Shown here piece by piece: positions 61,301 to 64,000 of a DNA stretch of 64,000 nt. Source of the stretch: Marsupella aquatica (lineage: Eukaryota; Plantae; Marchantiophyta); assembly GCA_973895155.1 (NCBI GenBank), contig OZ316894.1, positions 22,938,709-23,002,708 of the forward strand, written 5' to 3'. The position numbers were made by a program, and so were the translations under genes. The notes beneath the pieces are model-generated. The model ran no database searches and had not been told where the DNA came from. It saw only the letters and a list, made by a program, of their open reading frames with translations. Numbering within the stretch: the first letter of the stretch is position 1; each line of letters begins with the position of its first letter.

Positions 61301-63063
61301 TGTGAAGAGTGCCCACATCAACTAATAGAGGAATAGAAGTAAGCAGGGGAGTGAGAGTTGGATGTGTCGAGCTGAGAGAGGTCTTAGCGGCTTAACCAAG
61401 CCAATTGGGGATCATTCTGGCGGCGGAATCCAAACATACCTAATGAAAGACCAGGAGAGGAATACAAGGGAGGGACTAGAATAGGCCGGCTGAGTATCTC
61501 ATGACCCGATGAAGGATCTGTCCAGTATATGTGTGTAAAATGTTAATAGAGGATTAGCAGCGTCCCATGCCGCTAAACCGCGGAAACGGCCTCGCCAAGG
61601 ACGAAACCTACGGGAATCGGCTTGAGCAAGGGGGTTTCTTGGGTTTGGGGAGGCAGGGGACGCACCACAGTGCTGGACCTCAATAGCAATGAGATTCCTT
61701 GGGCTGTGAAGCACCGTATATGTAGCTTACGTCCTGAGGTGGAACTTGACGATGCACTTGTCACCTCACTTGCTAGATCATTTGTAGGACGGGAATATTC
61801 AGGTCTGTATAGAGAAAATCCCAAACACTTTTTGCGAGAGATTACAGCAGTTAGGAACAACACCACCAAATTTCATCTCCCTGAAGATAAAAGGAGTTGC
61901 AACCGTGACATTAGGGTAGATAGTAAAGGAGACAAGGGCACGTGCTCAAATAAATATTGTAAGGAGCACTTTGTTTAGAGATCTGACTCATGTTAAGCCC
62001 ATTAGATAGTAAAAATGGGTGCCAGCCATGGATATTCATTGTAAGTTTGGACACAATTGTAAATAATTATTTTCACACATTATCAATCAATGGTCCTTGC
62101 CTGGGCTTCTTTGTGCGGAAATGTTTTTACAAGTATGATCTCTATCCCATGGTTCTTTGTGAACTAATAAGTAATATAATACTATTATAATTAATATAAT
62201 ATAATTTATTAATATAATACTAATAAGAATTGGCCTATAAAGTGTACATTTAGGTATCAAAAAGTGTACATTTGGGCTTCTTAAAGTGTACATTTCAGGA
62301 CTGATTTGTAAACAAAAGAAAATACACTTTTAATTAATAGACTGATGATTGAAGCCATACAACATGAAATTCATTCCACCTACTATTGCATGCAGATTCC
62401 GCCCAACCTGATTGGGCAAATGCTGGTAATGATGAGTTTCAATGTCCACCAGGATAGACATGGGTTGAACCAGGTTGGGAGGATGATGATGGGTCCTGGA
62501 ATCAACAAGGCTGGGAAGGTGGTGAAGGTAATTGGCAACGCTTTCAAAATACAGTACCTACGAATGGCGGAAGAGGGGCAGGTAATGTATGAAGTAGTTT
62601 GCAATGGAAGAACTCATTTAATCTGTGGTCCATTCATGTGGGTATACTCTGTACATGTACAATGATAGGAAATGTATGTGTGCACGTTGGACAGTCGAAC
62701 CGTCGATGCAAGTATTCACTAATGCCCCTATGCAGATGCAGCACGGAAGGGGGACAGGTATTTTGGAATGTTGACTTGTTTCCGTACAGTGTACTAATTT
62801 ACTAAGTTATCAGTACATATGTTTGCACATGCCTAGCTAGAAAGTGACAACATCTGTGCCTTGTACTAGGCTGGACAGGTGGTCCAAGGTTGCAACAATT
62901 CCAGAGTGCAGTCCTTGCACAAATGTCTACTGGCAGAGCTACAGGTATATATGTTGGTTGCATTTTTGTTAAAGAGATGCATTGAATGGTGCCAATAGGT
63001 GTTTGTAATAAATGGTTATGGTGTATATAGTTCTCAAGCATGAATGGCATTGTATTTTCCCAG

Positions 63064-64000
63064 GTGACTTCAGATTCCCAGGTAGGGTGAATCAGGGGGT
63101 GCCCATTAATATTACACCGCCCAGTACTACAAAGAGCAGTGCACAAGGGGAGGTGACGAAGAAATTGACAATAAAGTTGAATGACAGACAATGGGTGGAT
63201 GCTGAGTGTCCTCGCAAAAACCGATGGCATGCTGATTTGAAAGCTGAAGTATTGCGCTGGATAGATGTGAGTGTTATTAATTTTAAAAAGCAGCATCCAA
63301 AAGATTGGAAGACTGTATGTGAAAATGTTGCTGCCAAATGGAATTATGTGGGCAGTGATGATGGCGTGGACATATATAGGTTGCCTGGAAAGTACAACAG
63401 CTAAAATCATCAAGCAAGAGATGGAGAATGCATAAGGCTTGGAAAGAAGGTGGGGAGAAGCCAGATATGCCTGCACCAGCAAGTTGTGATGATAAAGCGT
63501 GGGCAAAATTAGTAGCTTATTTTGTGACTGATGCTTATTAGTAGTTCATAGATGACCGAGGCTAGGTGGAGTGTTCAGAACCCTAATCTGACAGGAAGGA
63601 CCGGCACTGCACCGCTAGCAAAACGCTTGGTAAGAATCAATGGCAAGTTATGTAATTCATGCTACACTATGTCGACCTGTTGACTTTGTTTTATCAATGT
63701 TCATTGGAAACTGATAACTTGTGTTTGCCATATATGCATGTGCAGAAAGCCCAATTGGGGCAAAGCCCTTCAAAAGAAGAGTTGAGGGCTGAAATTGTGA
63801 ACAACAGGGCATGTGAGGCATCTAAATCCTCCAAGCAGGTAAGTTAAATGAGGTTTGATTGGAATTGAATGACCTGTGTTGAATTTTAGGTGTACACATA
63901 TCATTGATTGTGCATATATTGCCCAACATTTCATATGGAGTGATTCACTATTGCCCTGTATGATGTAGGGAGGAGGATCTTCACTTACGGAGATAAGTGA
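63064..64000 (+). pseudogene. Multi-exon gene fragment, possibly CACTA TnpA-like (Transposase_24-type); continues past the window
   Basis: GT-AG bounded exons; RWIDVSVINFKKQ...W..V......W.Y and LGQSPSKEEL patterns. Family call is by resemblance only. Confidence 0.4.

Larger units (their letters stand above)
52435..61669 (+). mobile_element. B: 4,607-bp gene-bearing solo-LTR-like element (after removing C)
   Basis: TGTGATGCC...GCACCACA ends and 5-bp TSD GTGCT (52430-52434 / 61670-61674). No internal LTR pair, PBS or pol. Confidence 0.9.
51569..61978 (+). pseudogene. FCP1/NIF-like HAD phosphatase gene split by element B (parts ~51702-52434 and 61675-61978)
   Basis: LLILDLNKIL, R.GLHEFL....DQFDIAIWT, LLKDFWVVW, NTLLVDDSPLKAFANP. 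Removing B restores RHSVL|DLNSNEIP in frame. Confidence 0.8.

Overview
This is a eukaryotic, transposon-saturated window, probably from a non-seed land plant (inferred from the retrotransposon styles and GT-AG introns). It has no clearly intact host gene. Target-site duplications (TSDs) resolve a nest at least four layers deep. A chromovirus-like Ty3/gypsy element (K) carries a minus-strand gypsy element (E1, 3137-41722, 4-bp TSD CCGT) in its LTR. E1 carries a 25.5-kb Mutator-like DNA transposon (MULE, 5571-31104, 10-bp TSD) and a 4.5-kb solo LTR (H). The MULE carries an Athila-like element (G), a young Ty1/copia and two MITEs. Two candidate undescribed systems stand out. (1) The MULE carries a spliced gene fusing a ParB-like N-terminal domain to a beta-class N4C/N6A DNA methyltransferase-like domain. 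It also carries about 14 copies of a 15-bp palindrome (TAGCGCCWGGCGCTA) confined to its own introns and intergenic DNA, which suggests a ParB/parS-like or VANC-like self-marking system. (2) Two LTR lineages carry an ~800-1,150-aa gene inside giant 4.0-4.6-kb LTRs or solo-LTR-like units (G/H and A/B/C). The proteins share an N-terminal domain, and in G/H the gene is flanked by family-specific CpG-containing micro-motif arrays. Most ORFs carry stops or frameshifts. All functional proposals are inference; no searches or alignments were run, and counts were made by eye.
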